From Polyangiales bacterium (GTDB taxonomy: Bacteria; Myxococcota_A; Polyangia; Polyangiales; Polyangiaceae): a stretch of DNA of 64,000 bases. Of this stretch, positions 1 through 10,500 are shown one piece after another (within the stretch, counting starts at the first letter, position 1; each line of letters starts with the position of its first letter). The translations under genes and the position numbers were made by a program. Location of the stretch: positions 32,001 through 96,000 of the forward strand of contig JBBRLQ010000021.1 in assembly GCA_038231275.1 (NCBI GenBank), in the 5' to 3' direction. Under the pieces are notes generated by a model. It was not told where the DNA came from. It did not search any database and worked only from the letters and a program-made list of their open reading frames with translations.

Positions 1-20
1 GCGACGCGAAAGGGCGCGCG

Positions 21-905
21 TTGAGTCAGCCCCCGCCGCCCTCGGCGGGCCGTACGCGCGGCAGCTCGCCGCCGCGCCCGAGCCGGCCGCCCCTGCGCGC
101 GCGCCCGGTGCTCGGACCGAGCGAGGCGGCGCTGTTCGAGACGTTCGTAGTCCCTCGCTACATGTCGCTCTTCGGCGATCTCATGATGGAGATGGTGGCC
201 GAGGGGCCCGACGCTCAGGTCGTCCACCTCCAGTGCCGCACCGGGTATCCCGATCGTGGCATGCTCGCGAAGCTGCCGGGCGCGCATTTCTACGGCGTCG
301 ATTCGTCGGCGCCGGCGATCGAGCTCGCGCGCGCCAAGGCGCAGACGATGAGCGGCATGGTGGCGAGTTACCGGACCGGCGAGCTCCCCGTGCCGCTGAC
401 CGCCGGCGCGTTCTCGCACGGCTACTCGCTGCATCCTTTCGTCGTTCCCGACGAGCGCAAGCGTCTCTTCGCCGAGCTCGCGCGCCTCGTCGCGCCGCGC
501 GGTCAGGTGCTCGTCGCGATGCCGATGCGTGGGAGCTTCGTCGAGATCGTCGACCTCTTGCGCGAGTACGCGCTCAAGCACGAGGCCGGCGAGGTGTCGA
601 AGGCCGCCGAGGCCGCGGTGCTCCTGCGTCCGACGGTCGACGAGCTGAAGAAGGAGGTCGCGGCTGCCGGCTTCGATTTCGTCGAGGTCGAGCTCCGCGC
701 GCACACGCTGGCGTTCAAGAACGGCCGCGATTTCTTCGAGGATCCGGTGACGCGCCTCCTCTTGGTGCCAGAGCTCGCGATCAGCCTCGGTGACGCGAGC
801 GAGGCGCCGTTCGCCTACGTGCGCGACGCGATCGATCGCTACTGGAGCGACGACGATTTCACGCTCACGGTCCTCGTCGGCAGCGTCAGCGGCCGCCGCG
901 TCTAA
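21..905 (+). CDS. Class I SAM-dependent methyltransferase-like protein (degenerate motif I)
   Basis: VVHLQCRTG sits where VLDxGCGTG is expected, followed by GVDSS..AIELAR and 'LFAELARLVAPRGQVLV'. The TTG start is uncertain. Confidence 0.7.
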   Translation: MSQPPPPSAGRTRGSSPPRPSRPPLRARPVLGPSEAALFETFVVPRYMSLFGDLMMEMVAEGPDAQVVHLQCRTGYPDRGMLAKLPGAHFYGVDSSAPAIELARAKAQTMSGMVASYRTGELPVPLTAGAFSHGYSLHPFVVPDERKRLFAELARLVAPRGQVLVAMPMRGSFVEIVDLLREYALKHEAGEVSKAAEAAVLLRPTVDELKKEVAAAGFDFVEVELRAHTLAFKNGRDFFEDPVTRLLLVPELAISLGDASEAPFAYVRDAIDRYWSDDDFTLTVLVGSVSGRRV

Positions 906-931
906 CGCGAAGCGTCCGCTGCGAGACTCAA

Positions 932-957
932 GGAGCGCTTCGCTCCAGCTGCGCTTC
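932..957. terminator. Hairpin / REP-like element between convergent genes
   Basis: GGAGCG-CTT-CGCTCC at 932-946, between stops at 905 (+) and 960 (-). Confidence 0.4.
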
Positions 958-959
958 TC

Positions 960-2084
960 TCAGTGGCAGAAGCCGTCGATGCAGACGCCGGCACCCGGGC
1001 AGAGCTTGCCCTGCGTAGGATCGCACTCCGAGCCGAGGTTCGTCGCCGAGCCGCAGACGGAGTAGGTGCCCGTGCTCGTCGTTACCGCCTTGCACTGGTT
1101 GAACTTGTCGGCCGCCTTGCACGTGATGCCCGCTTCGTTGTTGCACGCGATGTAGCAGCTGTGGTGGATGCACACGCTGCCGTTGGCGCACGGCGGCCCG
1201 ACGACACCCTCTTGGGCGCACGTGAACGTCGGCTTTTGATCGGGGATGCAGCCGCCGTCGACGCAGACCTCGCCGGCAGGGCACGTGTCGCCGGGCTCAC
1301 CGCACGGCGTCACGCAATGGTCTTCGACGCACACGGTGCCGACCGCGCACGTGCCGCCGTCCGCGGTCGCGCCGCACGGGTTGGTGTTGCCGCTGCACAC
1401 GTTCGTCTTGCTGTCGCACGTGTAGCCGACCGGGCAGGGCGGGAGGCCGGGGCCGCAGCCCGGGGTGCACACGCCCTGAACGCACTGCTCGTTCGCCGGG
1501 CACTGCGTCGTGTCGAAGCACTGGTCGGCCGGCGCGACGCACGTGCCGTCGAGGCACTTCGAGCCCGCGACCTTCGCGGCGCACTCGGCGTCGTTGTGGC
1601 AGCCGGTGAAGGGCTTGCCGCCGTCCGAAGCGTCGCCGGGGCCGGCGTCGGGGAGGAACCCGAGTGGCACGCACGCGAGCGAGCCGCCGGAGAGCTTGCA
1701 CTGGTAGCCGCTCGGGCAGCCGGTGTTCGAGCAATCCCCGGGGTGACACTGGTCGTCGGCGCCGCAGTTGTAGCCCGGCGCGCAGTCGGACGGCCTTCCG
1801 CATGGGTTACCCGGCGCGGTCGCGTCGGGCTGCACGTAGCCGCCGCTCACGCACGAGCCGTACTGCCCGTTGTACTGACACGTCGTGCCGTTCGGGCAGT
1901 CGTAGTCCGAGCCGCACGAATACGCGTAGCAGTCGCTCGAGTAGTAGTCGTTCGGGCAGGAGTAACACTCTCCGCTCTGGAGGCAGACCCTGCGCCCCTG
2001 CGACTCGGGATAGATCGGGCAGCCGCCGAGGACGATTGCGCCGAGACCAACGAGGACGAACGACACCCAGGCTTTCAATTGCAT
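960..2084 (-). CDS. Cys-rich lipoprotein
   Basis: MQLKAWVSFVLVGLGAIVLGG-C lipobox, followed by many C-x4-DC-x5-C-x4-C-like repeats. The ATG at 2084 lies just downstream of a sigma54 motif. Confidence 0.85.
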   Translation of the reverse strand: MQLKAWVSFVLVGLGAIVLGGCPIYPESQGRRVCLQSGECYSCPNDYYSSDCYAYSCGSDYDCPNGTTCQYNGQYGSCVSGGYVQPDATAPGNPCGRPSDCAPGYNCGADDQCHPGDCSNTGCPSGYQCKLSGGSLACVPLGFLPDAGPGDASDGGKPFTGCHNDAECAAKVAGSKCLDGTCVAPADQCFDTTQCPANEQCVQGVCTPGCGPGLPPCPVGYTCDSKTNVCSGNTNPCGATADGGTCAVGTVCVEDHCVTPCGEPGDTCPAGEVCVDGGCIPDQKPTFTCAQEGVVGPPCANGSVCIHHSCYIACNNEAGITCKAADKFNQCKAVTTSTGTYSVCGSATNLGSECDPTQGKLCPGAGVCIDGFCH

Positions 2085-2099
2085 GGCGGTAGGAAAGGT

Positions 2100-2116
2100 A
2101 GCAACCCCCGTGCCTT
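2100..2116 (-). promoter_or_regulatory. Sigma54 (-24/-12) promoter for the Cys-rich lipoprotein
   Basis: Minus strand reads AAGGCACGGGGGTTGCT, i.e. GG-N10-GC, matching TGGCACG-N4-TTGCW. It lies 16 nt before the ATG. Confidence 0.7.
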
Positions 2117-2482
2117 GGACAACCGAAAGAAGACCGGCGCGTTCCCGGCGCAAATATGCCCCCCGCCAGGATGTGGGCGGAAAGCAGTATCCGCCCGTTC
2201 ACGCGGTCCCTGGGCGTCACAGTCAGGGCTCACGCTGCGGTTGAGCCGTCGGAAGGAGGTTCGTCCGCCCTCGGCATGGCCCTCGGAACAGGGATCGCGC
2301 GACCCGGGGCTCCCTCTGTGTCGGGATCGGCGGACCCACCCGCCGTGTCCCTCCGGGCCCCCATGACGGGCGTGGGTGGGTCGACTCGGGGCTTGTTCGA
2401 CAATGGAAGAAACGGCGTGATAGCGTTGTAGAAACCCAAGGGGCGAATCGCCGTCACGACGCGGCGGCGCATACAACGCGAG

Positions 2483-4630
2483 ATGGACGTCCAATGCGAC
2501 CGTTGCAAGACGGAGTACGAGTTCGACGACGCGCTCGTCAGCGGGCGGGGCACGACCGTCAAGTGCACCAACTGCGGGTTTCAGTTCAAGGTCCACAAGC
2601 AGGGCGGTGAGGCGGTCGACGACCGGTGGATGATCAAGACCACCGATCAGCGTGATCTGGTCTTCCACACCTTGAAGGATCTCCAGAAGGCCATCCTCGC
2701 CAAGCAGGTCGGCAAGCACGACACCCTCGCGAGGGGCAGCGCGCCGCCGCGGGCGCTCGGAGCGATCGCGGAGCTGTCTCCGTTCTTCGAGGAGCAGAGA
2801 AAACGGCAGACGAGCATCCCGCCTCCGTTGCCGGCGGGCCGCCGGCCGTCGAGCCCCGGGATCGAGCCGCGGCCGGGTACGCAGCTCGGGATGCCGACCG
2901 CGCCGCGGCAGCAGACTCCGGTCGGCCTGTACGCGCCGCAAGCCGCGCCGCCGCCCGCGCCCGTCGAACCGCGCCCGCCCCGGCCCTCCGACACGCTCCG
3001 TCCGCCCGAGAGCGGAGCCGTGCCGCCGCCCGTCGACGACGTCCCGATCCCAAAGGCCGACAAGGTCCTCCCGATGCCGGTCGTCGCCGTCGCGCCGACG
3101 CCGATGGACGAGTCGACCGTCCCGCTCCGCAACGGCGCGCGCGTCCGCGAAGAGGTCGCCGTCCTCAAGCCGCCGCCGCAGCGGCCGCGAGCTTCGTCGG
3201 CGCCCGAGGTCTCTTCGCCCCTTCCGCCGCCGCCTGTGCGGCGCGAACGTCTGCCGTCGTACGACGACGTGCTCGAGACACAACCCCCCGCGCGCGGTCG
3301 CCTGCGAAGCGAGATCGATTCGAACTTACCGAGCCAGCGTCCGGCGCGACGCGTTGGCGGGTGGGTGATCGCCGCGATACTTATCGTCAGCGTCGGGATC
3401 GGCGGCGTGATCGTCGGGCAGAAGTACATGCCAGGCGCCACTCCGACGACGGTGGGCGCGGCGCCGCTCGATCCGCGCGCGCAAGAGTTCTTACGCACCG
3501 GCGAGCGCGCGCTGGACGACGGCGATCTCGAGACCGCCAAGGAGAGCTTCGACAAGGCGAGCGTCATCGCCGAGAAGGATCCGCGCGTGCTCCTCGGCAT
3601 GGCGCGCCTGGCGACCGTGCGCGCGGACATCCCGTGGCTGAAGCAGCGCCTCTCTCCGCAAGACGCTAGCGACGAGACGAAGCGCAGCTGGTCGGAGCTC
3701 TCCGCGAAGGCGCGGACCCTCGCCGACACCGCGCTCACGGCGGCCCCCGACGACATCGGCGCCGTGCGCGTGAAGATGGACGCGCTCCGCATCGCGGGCG
3801 AGCGCGAGCAGGCGCGCGGGTACGTGACCAAGATCATCGGCAACGCGCAGCAACCCGACACCGCGTACGTGCTCGCGGCGCTGGACCTCGCCGAGCCCGA
3901 GCCGCTCTACAAGACGATCATCGAGCGCCTCCGCGTCGCCGCGCAGGCAGAAGGGAACAGCGGGCGTGCGCGCGCCGCGCTGGTCTATGCGCTGGCGCGG
4001 AGCGGCGACGGGGCAGGGGCGAAGGGCGAGCTCGATCGCCTCGGCCTCCTCACGCGGCCCCATCCGCTCTATGCGCCACTGAAGGCGTTCGTGGAGAAAG
4101 CGCCGGCGAAGGGCGACGGCGGGGTGGCGCCGGTCGCGAGCGGTCCCGTGGTCGACGTCAACAACCTCCCGCGGCAAGGCCTGGGCGGCCCGCCGACCGG
4201 CGACTCGAAATCGCTCCTCGCTCAGGGCAACGCGGCCATGCGCCGCGGCGACTACGATCGCGCGAACACGCTCTTCTCCGCCGCGCTCGACAAGAACCCC
4301 GGCGACTCCGAGGCGCAGGCCGGCCTCGGCGACGTCGCGCGCGCGCAGCACAACAACGCCGGCGCGCGCGCGTCGTACCAGCGCGCGGTGCAGATGAACG
4401 GGCACTACCTCCCCGCGCTCGTCGGTCTCGCCGACGCCGAGTGGGATCTCGGCGACAAGGCGTCCGCGCAGAAGCGCTACAAGGACCTGGTCGAGAATTT
4501 CCCGGACGGCGCGCTGCCCAACCACGTGAAGACGCGCGCGGAGGGCGGCGCTCCTGCCCCTGCGCCTGCTCCGACCAGTGCTCCGACCGTGGCACCGACG
4601 ACGGCATCGAGCGGATCCGCCGCGCCGTGA
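2483..4630 (+). CDS. Zinc-ribbon (MJ0042-type) / Pro-rich / TM / TPR protein, GltJ/AgmX-like N-terminal architecture
   Basis: N-terminal CDRC...CTNC zinc ribbon, Pro-rich linker, TM segment (WVIAAILIVSVGIGGVIVG), then TPR helices. Confidence 0.85.
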   Translation: MDVQCDRCKTEYEFDDALVSGRGTTVKCTNCGFQFKVHKQGGEAVDDRWMIKTTDQRDLVFHTLKDLQKAILAKQVGKHDTLARGSAPPRALGAIAELSPFFEEQRKRQTSIPPPLPAGRRPSSPGIEPRPGTQLGMPTAPRQQTPVGLYAPQAAPPPAPVEPRPPRPSDTLRPPESGAVPPPVDDVPIPKADKVLPMPVVAVAPTPMDESTVPLRNGARVREEVAVLKPPPQRPRASSAPEVSSPLPPPPVRRERLPSYDDVLETQPPARGRLRSEIDSNLPSQRPARRVGGWVIAAILIVSVGIGGVIVGQKYMPGATPTTVGAAPLDPRAQEFLRTGERALDDGDLETAKESFDKASVIAEKDPRVLLGMARLATVRADIPWLKQRLSPQDASDETKRSWSELSAKARTLADTALTAAPDDIGAVRVKMDALRIAGEREQARGYVTKIIGNAQQPDTAYVLAALDLAEPEPLYKTIIERLRVAAQAEGNSGRARAALVYALARSGDGAGAKGELDRLGLLTRPHPLYAPLKAFVEKAPAKGDGGVAPVASGPVVDVNNLPRQGLGGPPTGDSKSLLAQGNAAMRRGDYDRANTLFSAALDKNPGDSEAQAGLGDVARAQHNNAGARASYQRAVQMNGHYLPALVGLADAEWDLGDKASAQKRYKDLVENFPDGALPNHVKTRAEGGAPAPAPAPTSAPTVAPTTASSGSAAP

Positions 4631-6459
4631 AGAGGGTCGGCCTCGCCAGAGTCGGCCTCGCGTGCGGACTCGCAGGCGTCATGGCGCTCGGTTGCGAGGG
4701 GCGCCCGCGACCCGCGTCCGGCAAAGAGTCCGCGCCCAAGCCACGCAGCGGTCCTGCCGTCGTGGTGTTGGATTTGTCGGGCGGCGTCCCCGAAGAAGAG
4801 AAGGCGCAGCTCCTCGTCGCGCCGCGGCGACGCAGCTTCGATCACCTGGTGCAGACGATCGGCGACGCCGCGAAGGACAAGGACACGCGCGCGTTCTTCG
4901 TGCGCTTCGGCGGCGCGTCGCTCGGCATGGCACGCGCGGAGGAGATCGGCGCGCTGCTCGAGAAGGTCCGAAAGGCGGACAAGCCCGTCGTCTGCCACGC
5001 CGACGGCTTCACGAACTCGACGATGCTCGCGGCGGCGCGCGGATGCTCGAAGCTCTACGTGTCGCCAGCAGGAGAGGTCGAGACGATCGGCATCGCCGCG
5101 CAAATCGTCTACATGCGAAAGCTCCTCGCCGACGAGCTCAAGATCTCGATCGACATGCTCCAGGTCGGGAAATTCAAGGGCGCGGAGGAGCCGCTCACGC
5201 GCGACGGCCCGAGCGACGAGGCGCGCGCCTCGCTCGAGTCGACGCTCGCCGACATGCGCGGGAGCTGGCTCGACGGCATTCGACAGGGGCGAAAAGCGCT
5301 CGCGAACGCGGACGCGGTGGAGGACGGTCCGTACGCGCCGACGCGCGCCAAGGAGCTCGGGCTCGTCGACGAGGTCGGGTACGCCGACGACGCGCTCGCC
5401 GAGCTGAAGAAGGTCGCCGCCGCGCCGCGCGAGGACGTCCGCTTCGGCGCCGGAGCGCAAGACAAGCCCGACGATCTCGGCGACATCGTGCGCGCCCTCG
5501 CTGGCGGGGGCGGCGCGCCGATCGCCCTGGTGCGCGCGACCGGTAGCATCTCGATGTCCGGCGGCGGCGGCCTCTTCGGCGGGCGCAGCGGCATCACCGA
5601 GCACGATCTCTCGCGCACGCTCGCGAAGGTCGAGCGGGACCAGGACGTCAAGGTCCTCGTGCTCCGCATCGACTCACCCGGGGGCAGCGCGCTCGCCAGC
5701 GATCTGATCTGGCACGATCTGATGCGCGTCCGGAAGAAGAAGCCGATCGTCGTCAGCGTCGGCGAGATGGCGGCGAGCGGCGGCTACTACCTCGCGAGCG
5801 CAGGCTCCGTGATCTTCGCGGACGCGGGAAGCATCGTCGGGTCCATCGGCGTCGTGGGCGGGAAGCTCGCGATCGGACCCGCGCTTGAGAGGTACGGCGT
5901 CCACACCGAGACGTTCTCCGGCAAAGGGCGCGATCCCAAGGCCGCCAACCGTGCGGCGTACTTGTCCGCGCTCGTTCCGTGGGACGAGCCTACGAGGGTC
6001 CGCGTCAAGGAGACGATGACCGGAATCTACGATCTGTTTCTCGCGCGCATCGTCGAAGGCCGATCGACCGAGGGCCGGACCCTCACCGTGCAGAAGATCG
6101 CCGAGAGCGCGGAGGGGCGTATTTTCAGCGGTCGCGAGGGCAAGGCGCGCGGCCTCATCGACGAGATCGGAGGGCTCGACGACGCGCTCTCTCGCGCGCG
6201 CAAGCTCGCCAAGCTCCCCGAGGACGCGGGCGTCCAGGTGATGGGCAGCAAGGGCTCGTTCCTCGATGCGCTCGATCCGACCGGCGGCGATTCGGACGAG
6301 CGCGCCGAAGCCCTCGCCCGCGCGCGCGCCGGCGTCAGCGCCCTCGACGCGCTCGAGGAGGCGGCGCCCGACGTGGTCCCGTTCGCGACCAGCCTGCTCC
6401 CGCTCGCCGAGGGCGAACGCTCGGTCCTCGCCATTCCGTTCGCGCTCGTCGTTCGCTGA
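4627..6459 (+). CDS. sppA: Signal peptide peptidase SppA (peptidase S49, two-domain), lipoprotein
   Basis: GKFKGAEEP (Lys), LRIDSPGGSALASD, MAASGGYY (Ser), GSIGV, AEGRIFSG. GTGA overlap with the upstream stop; ALG-C lipobox. Confidence 0.9.
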   Translation: MKRVGLARVGLACGLAGVMALGCEGRPRPASGKESAPKPRSGPAVVVLDLSGGVPEEEKAQLLVAPRRRSFDHLVQTIGDAAKDKDTRAFFVRFGGASLGMARAEEIGALLEKVRKADKPVVCHADGFTNSTMLAAARGCSKLYVSPAGEVETIGIAAQIVYMRKLLADELKISIDMLQVGKFKGAEEPLTRDGPSDEARASLESTLADMRGSWLDGIRQGRKALANADAVEDGPYAPTRAKELGLVDEVGYADDALAELKKVAAAPREDVRFGAGAQDKPDDLGDIVRALAGGGGAPIALVRATGSISMSGGGGLFGGRSGITEHDLSRTLAKVERDQDVKVLVLRIDSPGGSALASDLIWHDLMRVRKKKPIVVSVGEMAASGGYYLASAGSVIFADAGSIVGSIGVVGGKLAIGPALERYGVHTETFSGKGRDPKAANRAAYLSALVPWDEPTRVRVKETMTGIYDLFLARIVEGRSTEGRTLTVQKIAESAEGRIFSGREGKARGLIDEIGGLDDALSRARKLAKLPEDAGVQVMGSKGSFLDALDPTGGDSDERAEALARARAGVSALDALEEAAPDVVPFATSLLPLAEGERSVLAIPFALVVR

Positions 6460-6480
6460 CGGTCGGCGCCTCGCGTCCGC

Positions 6481-7404
6481 TCACTTCGCCGCGACGCCGA
6501 CGACGTTGGGCAGCTCCCAAAACTCGTCGTTCGCGTCGCGGCGGAAGAACGTCGTCTCGTAGTCTCCTATCCCGCGTACGCGCGTCGGGCCAGCCTCTAC
6601 GAACAGCGACGCCTCCGGGCCACCCTCCACGTAGAACATCTGCGCGAGTCGCAGCTCGGGGGCCGCGATGACGGCAGCGAAGTCGGTCATCGCATAGGGC
6701 GCGCGCGTGTGCGCGAGGACGACGCGGCCGTCGCGGTCGATGCCGATGGCGGCGGCGCTGAAGACGCGGCTCTCTTTCCAGGGGACCGCGTGCCCGTCGC
6801 AGTCGAGGAGGCGGTAGTTCTGGAAGACGACTTTGTAGTCCGCGCGAATACGGGGAAGGTCGAAGCCTGGGCAGTCCCGGCCGAACGCCGCGGCCTCGGG
6901 GAGGCCGGCACGCGTGGGCGAGAAGGCGAAATAGCCGCCCATCTTCGAGAGATCGTGGGCCTGGTTCACCGTCGCGCCGTCGACCATGAAGCCGACGCTC
7001 TGGCCTGAGGGCTCGTACATCGACGCGTTCACGACGGCGACGAGACCGAACTCCTTCGCCCAATCGGGGGCGCGTCGCCGGCGCCCTTCGGCCTTCGCGG
7101 TGAGCAAGCGCAGCCGGAAGTGGGACGGATCGATGCGTACGAGCGTGATCGTCTTCACCGTCTCGAGCGTGATGCCTGCGGGCGCCGCAGCGTCGGGGAC
7201 GGCCGCGGCGGCCGAGGGAGTAGCGACGGGCGCGGCCGTGGTCGTCTCCGTTCCGTTGCGCCGACCTCCGTCGCACCCTGCCTCGAGAAGCGCGGCCGCC
7301 GTCAACGACGACAAAAGGAGGAGGGAGCGGCGCGCGGGCACGTCGCGGGTACTACGCGCGGCGGCGCGCGCGGCTTCCGGATTTGCGGCGGTCGGGGCGC
7401 GCAC
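6481..7404 (-). CDS. Phosphodiester glycosidase (NAGPA/DUF2233-like) family exported protein
   Basis: VVNASMY, SAAAIGIDRDGRVVL, MFYVEGGPEASL, ELPNVVGV motifs; signal peptide ending EAG-C. Confidence 0.7.
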   Translation of the reverse strand: MRAPTAANPEAARAAARSTRDVPARRSLLLLSSLTAAALLEAGCDGGRRNGTETTTAAPVATPSAAAAVPDAAAPAGITLETVKTITLVRIDPSHFRLRLLTAKAEGRRRRAPDWAKEFGLVAVVNASMYEPSGQSVGFMVDGATVNQAHDLSKMGGYFAFSPTRAGLPEAAAFGRDCPGFDLPRIRADYKVVFQNYRLLDCDGHAVPWKESRVFSAAAIGIDRDGRVVLAHTRAPYAMTDFAAVIAAPELRLAQMFYVEGGPEASLFVEAGPTRVRGIGDYETTFFRRDANDEFWELPNVVGVAAK

Positions 7405-7553
7405 GGCGGCAGTCTAGGCGCGGCATGGCGCGGCGCGAAACCATGGGATTTTTGGCGTGGATCGGCCGGCCGGCGCCCGGCGAAGCGCGCGGGCTGGGGA
7501 CAAGCCACAATCTCGCGTAGTTTCGCGCAACTGCGATAAAGTGACAGGGAACG

Positions 7554-10500
7554 ATGGACGGGCCGGTCACAGAGGGGGCGCCGGAGACGGGGGGCGACGC
7601 GCCCTCCACGAAGGTCGAGACGCTCCCGCCCCCCGAGTGGACGGGGCCGAGCGTGCAGACGCGCGGGCGTCAGTCCCACGCGCCGCCGCCCGTGCAACGG
7701 CGAACCGGCCGGCGCGCGGAGGAGGCGACCGTGCGGGCGCGCCTGGACGACGCCCGGCGCGACGGCAACCAAACGCTGGTGCGGCAGCTCGCGACCGAGC
7801 TCGCGCGCGCGCTCGCGGCACGAGAGCGCGATCTCGACGAAGCATCGACGCTCGCGCACGAGGCGCTCGGCGTCGCCGAGGACGACGGGCTGCGTCGCGA
7901 GCTGTCGGCGTGGCTCGAGTCGTTGGGCGACCCGGGCCTCGCGGCGGCGGAGCTACGAACGCTCGCGAAGCGCGCGGCGTCCGAGCCTCAGACCGCGGCG
8001 GCGCTGCTCCTGCAGGTCGGCATCCTCCGCGCCCGCGCCGGTGATGCCATCGGCGCCGACGAAGCGTTCGCGGAGGCCGCGGAGCTCGATCCGTCCGACG
8101 CGCGCGCGTGCGAGCTGGTGGGCGCCCTCTCGGCGTGGGCGCCCGAGGTTGTCCCTGCACGCGCAGCGGCGTCGGCGTACGTGGAGGCGGCGGCCCGGCG
8201 TGGCGCCGAGGGCTGGGACTCCTCGAAGGAAGCGCAGCTCGAGAATTTGCTTCGCGCGGTCGAGACCGATCCGTCGCACGAGCCCGCGGTGCGCGCGCTG
8301 TCGGTGGCGCTGGACGCGCGGGGGCGGCCGATCGCGGCCGACGAGGTCTGGCGTGCGCATGCTCACGTCATCGCGCGCGAGAGCCCGGAGCGCGCGCGGG
8401 CGATCCACGCGCAGCGGCGCCGTGCGGCGGTCGAGACCGAGGACATCGCTCGGGCGTTAGGCGCGGCGCTGGACGAGGGGCTCGACGGGGTCCATGACGG
8501 CGAGGACGCCGCGCGGTTCGACGACCTCCTCCTGCGCACCGGCCTCTTCGAGGTGCTGGCGGAGCGCCTCGCGCTCGCGGCCGAGCGCACCGGAGAGCGG
8601 ACCGGCCGGGCGCGCCGGTACGAGGAGCTCGCGCGACTCTGGGAGGGTCCGCTCGCGAGCCGTACGCGCGCGGCCCGCGCGTACGCAGACGCGGTCGCAG
8701 CGTCGCCCGGGCACGAAGGGGCGACCGCCGCGCTCGTGGAGCACGTCGCGCGCACACGCGACGCGGAGCCGCTCGTGGACGGGCTCGCCCGCGCCATCGC
8801 GCAAGACGACGGCGGCGACGAGGGAGTGAGGCGCGGTCGGCTCGTCAGCGCGCGCGCGCTCGCACGCGTCGCCGAAGACGACCTGCACGCGCCGGGCATC
8901 GCCAACTGGGCGCACGAGCAGGCGCTGGCGCTCGCGCCCGCGGGATCCGTGGAGCACGCCGAGGCGCGCGCCGGAATGCGGCGGACGCAGCCGGGGGTAA
9001 ACCAGAAGGTCGGCGATCTCGTGCGGGTCCGCGACGGCCTCTCGGCGGGCTCCGAGGCCGTGCGCGTCGATGCGCTCCGCACGATCGTCGGCATCCTCCG
9101 CGGGTTGCCCGGCGACAGCGACATCCTCGCCGAGATGCTCGACGAGCTGGCGCGGGTGCGCCCGGCCGAGCACGACGTCGCGCTCGACGCGGCGCGGGTC
9201 CACGCGGGCCGTGGCGACGTCGCGGCGGCGCGGGCTCTCGCGCAAGCGGTCGCGGACGACACGAAGGGCTCCGTCGAGGACCGCACCGCCGCCGGGCTCA
9301 TGCTCGCCAAGCTCGCGCGCGCGGCTGGAGAACCGGAGCACGCACAGCGCGCGACGAGGCAGCTGCTCGACCTCGCTCCGCGTAGCCGCGAAGTCGCGGC
9401 CGTCGCGTGGGCGAACGCATCGCTCGCCGGTGACCGGCAAACACGCGCGGTCGCGCTGCGCGAGCTCGGCGCGGCCGCGACGTCGCGCCTCTCCGCGGTG
9501 CTCTTGGCGGTCGCCGCCGAGGAGCTCGCGGCCGCGGGCCAGCTCGACGAGGCGCGCCGCGCGGCCGAGCGAGGGTGCCAAGCCGACCCACACGACGCGC
9601 GTTGCGCCAGCGCGCTGGCGTGGATCCTCTCACACGCCGAGACGCTCGATCGTGCCGGCGCGGTGGCGCTCGAGCGCGCGATCGCGACCGGCGTCGTGAC
9701 CGCAGCATCGTCGGCGTCGCTCGCCCGCGCGATGGAGGAGCTGGGCGAGAGCGACCCGGCGGTCGCGTGGACGCAGCGCCTCGTCACACTCTCGCCGGGC
9801 GACAAGGCGAAGATCCAGCTCCTCTTCGAGCGCACGCTGCGTGCCAAGGAGCCGTCGCGCGTCGCGGACGCCTTCGCGTGGTCGTTGTCGCAGCCGCTGC
9901 CGGGTCACGAGCTCGCCGAGCTCCTCGCGCCGTCCCTGATCGCGCTCTCCACGCTCGATCCGGATCGCGCCGTCGTCGCGGCGCGGAGGACCCTCGACGT
10001 CCTCGGCCCGCGTGACGCGGGGCTGCGCGCGACGCTCCGGGACGTGGCGGCCCGCGCGAACGACGCTGCGTTCGGCGCCGCGGTGGTCGAGCGCTGGTTG
10101 GCCGCGGGGGCGCAGGTCTCCGACCGGCCCGCGCTGCTCGCGGAGCTCGCGGAGCAGCGCGCCAAGGCGGGCGATCCGGATGGCGAAGCGCGCGCCCTCG
10201 CACGAGCTCTTCGCGAAGGGGCACCGGCGGCCGACCTCGCCGATCGCGTGGTCACCCTCACGGGCGAGACTCTATCTGCCGATGGCGAGCTCGCCTGGTT
10301 GGCGGCGCGCGCGGAGGTGCTGGTCGCGCGCGGCGACAACGCGGGCGCTGCGCGGGCGCTGCGCGAGCTCGGCGGTGCCGCGTGGGATCTCGCCGACGAT
10401 CGTGCCTCGGCGGTGGGCGCGTGGATCCGTGCGGCGAAGATCGCGCCGGCGCGCGGCTACATGACCCTGGGCCTCGACCTCGCGCGCTTCGCCGACGGCC

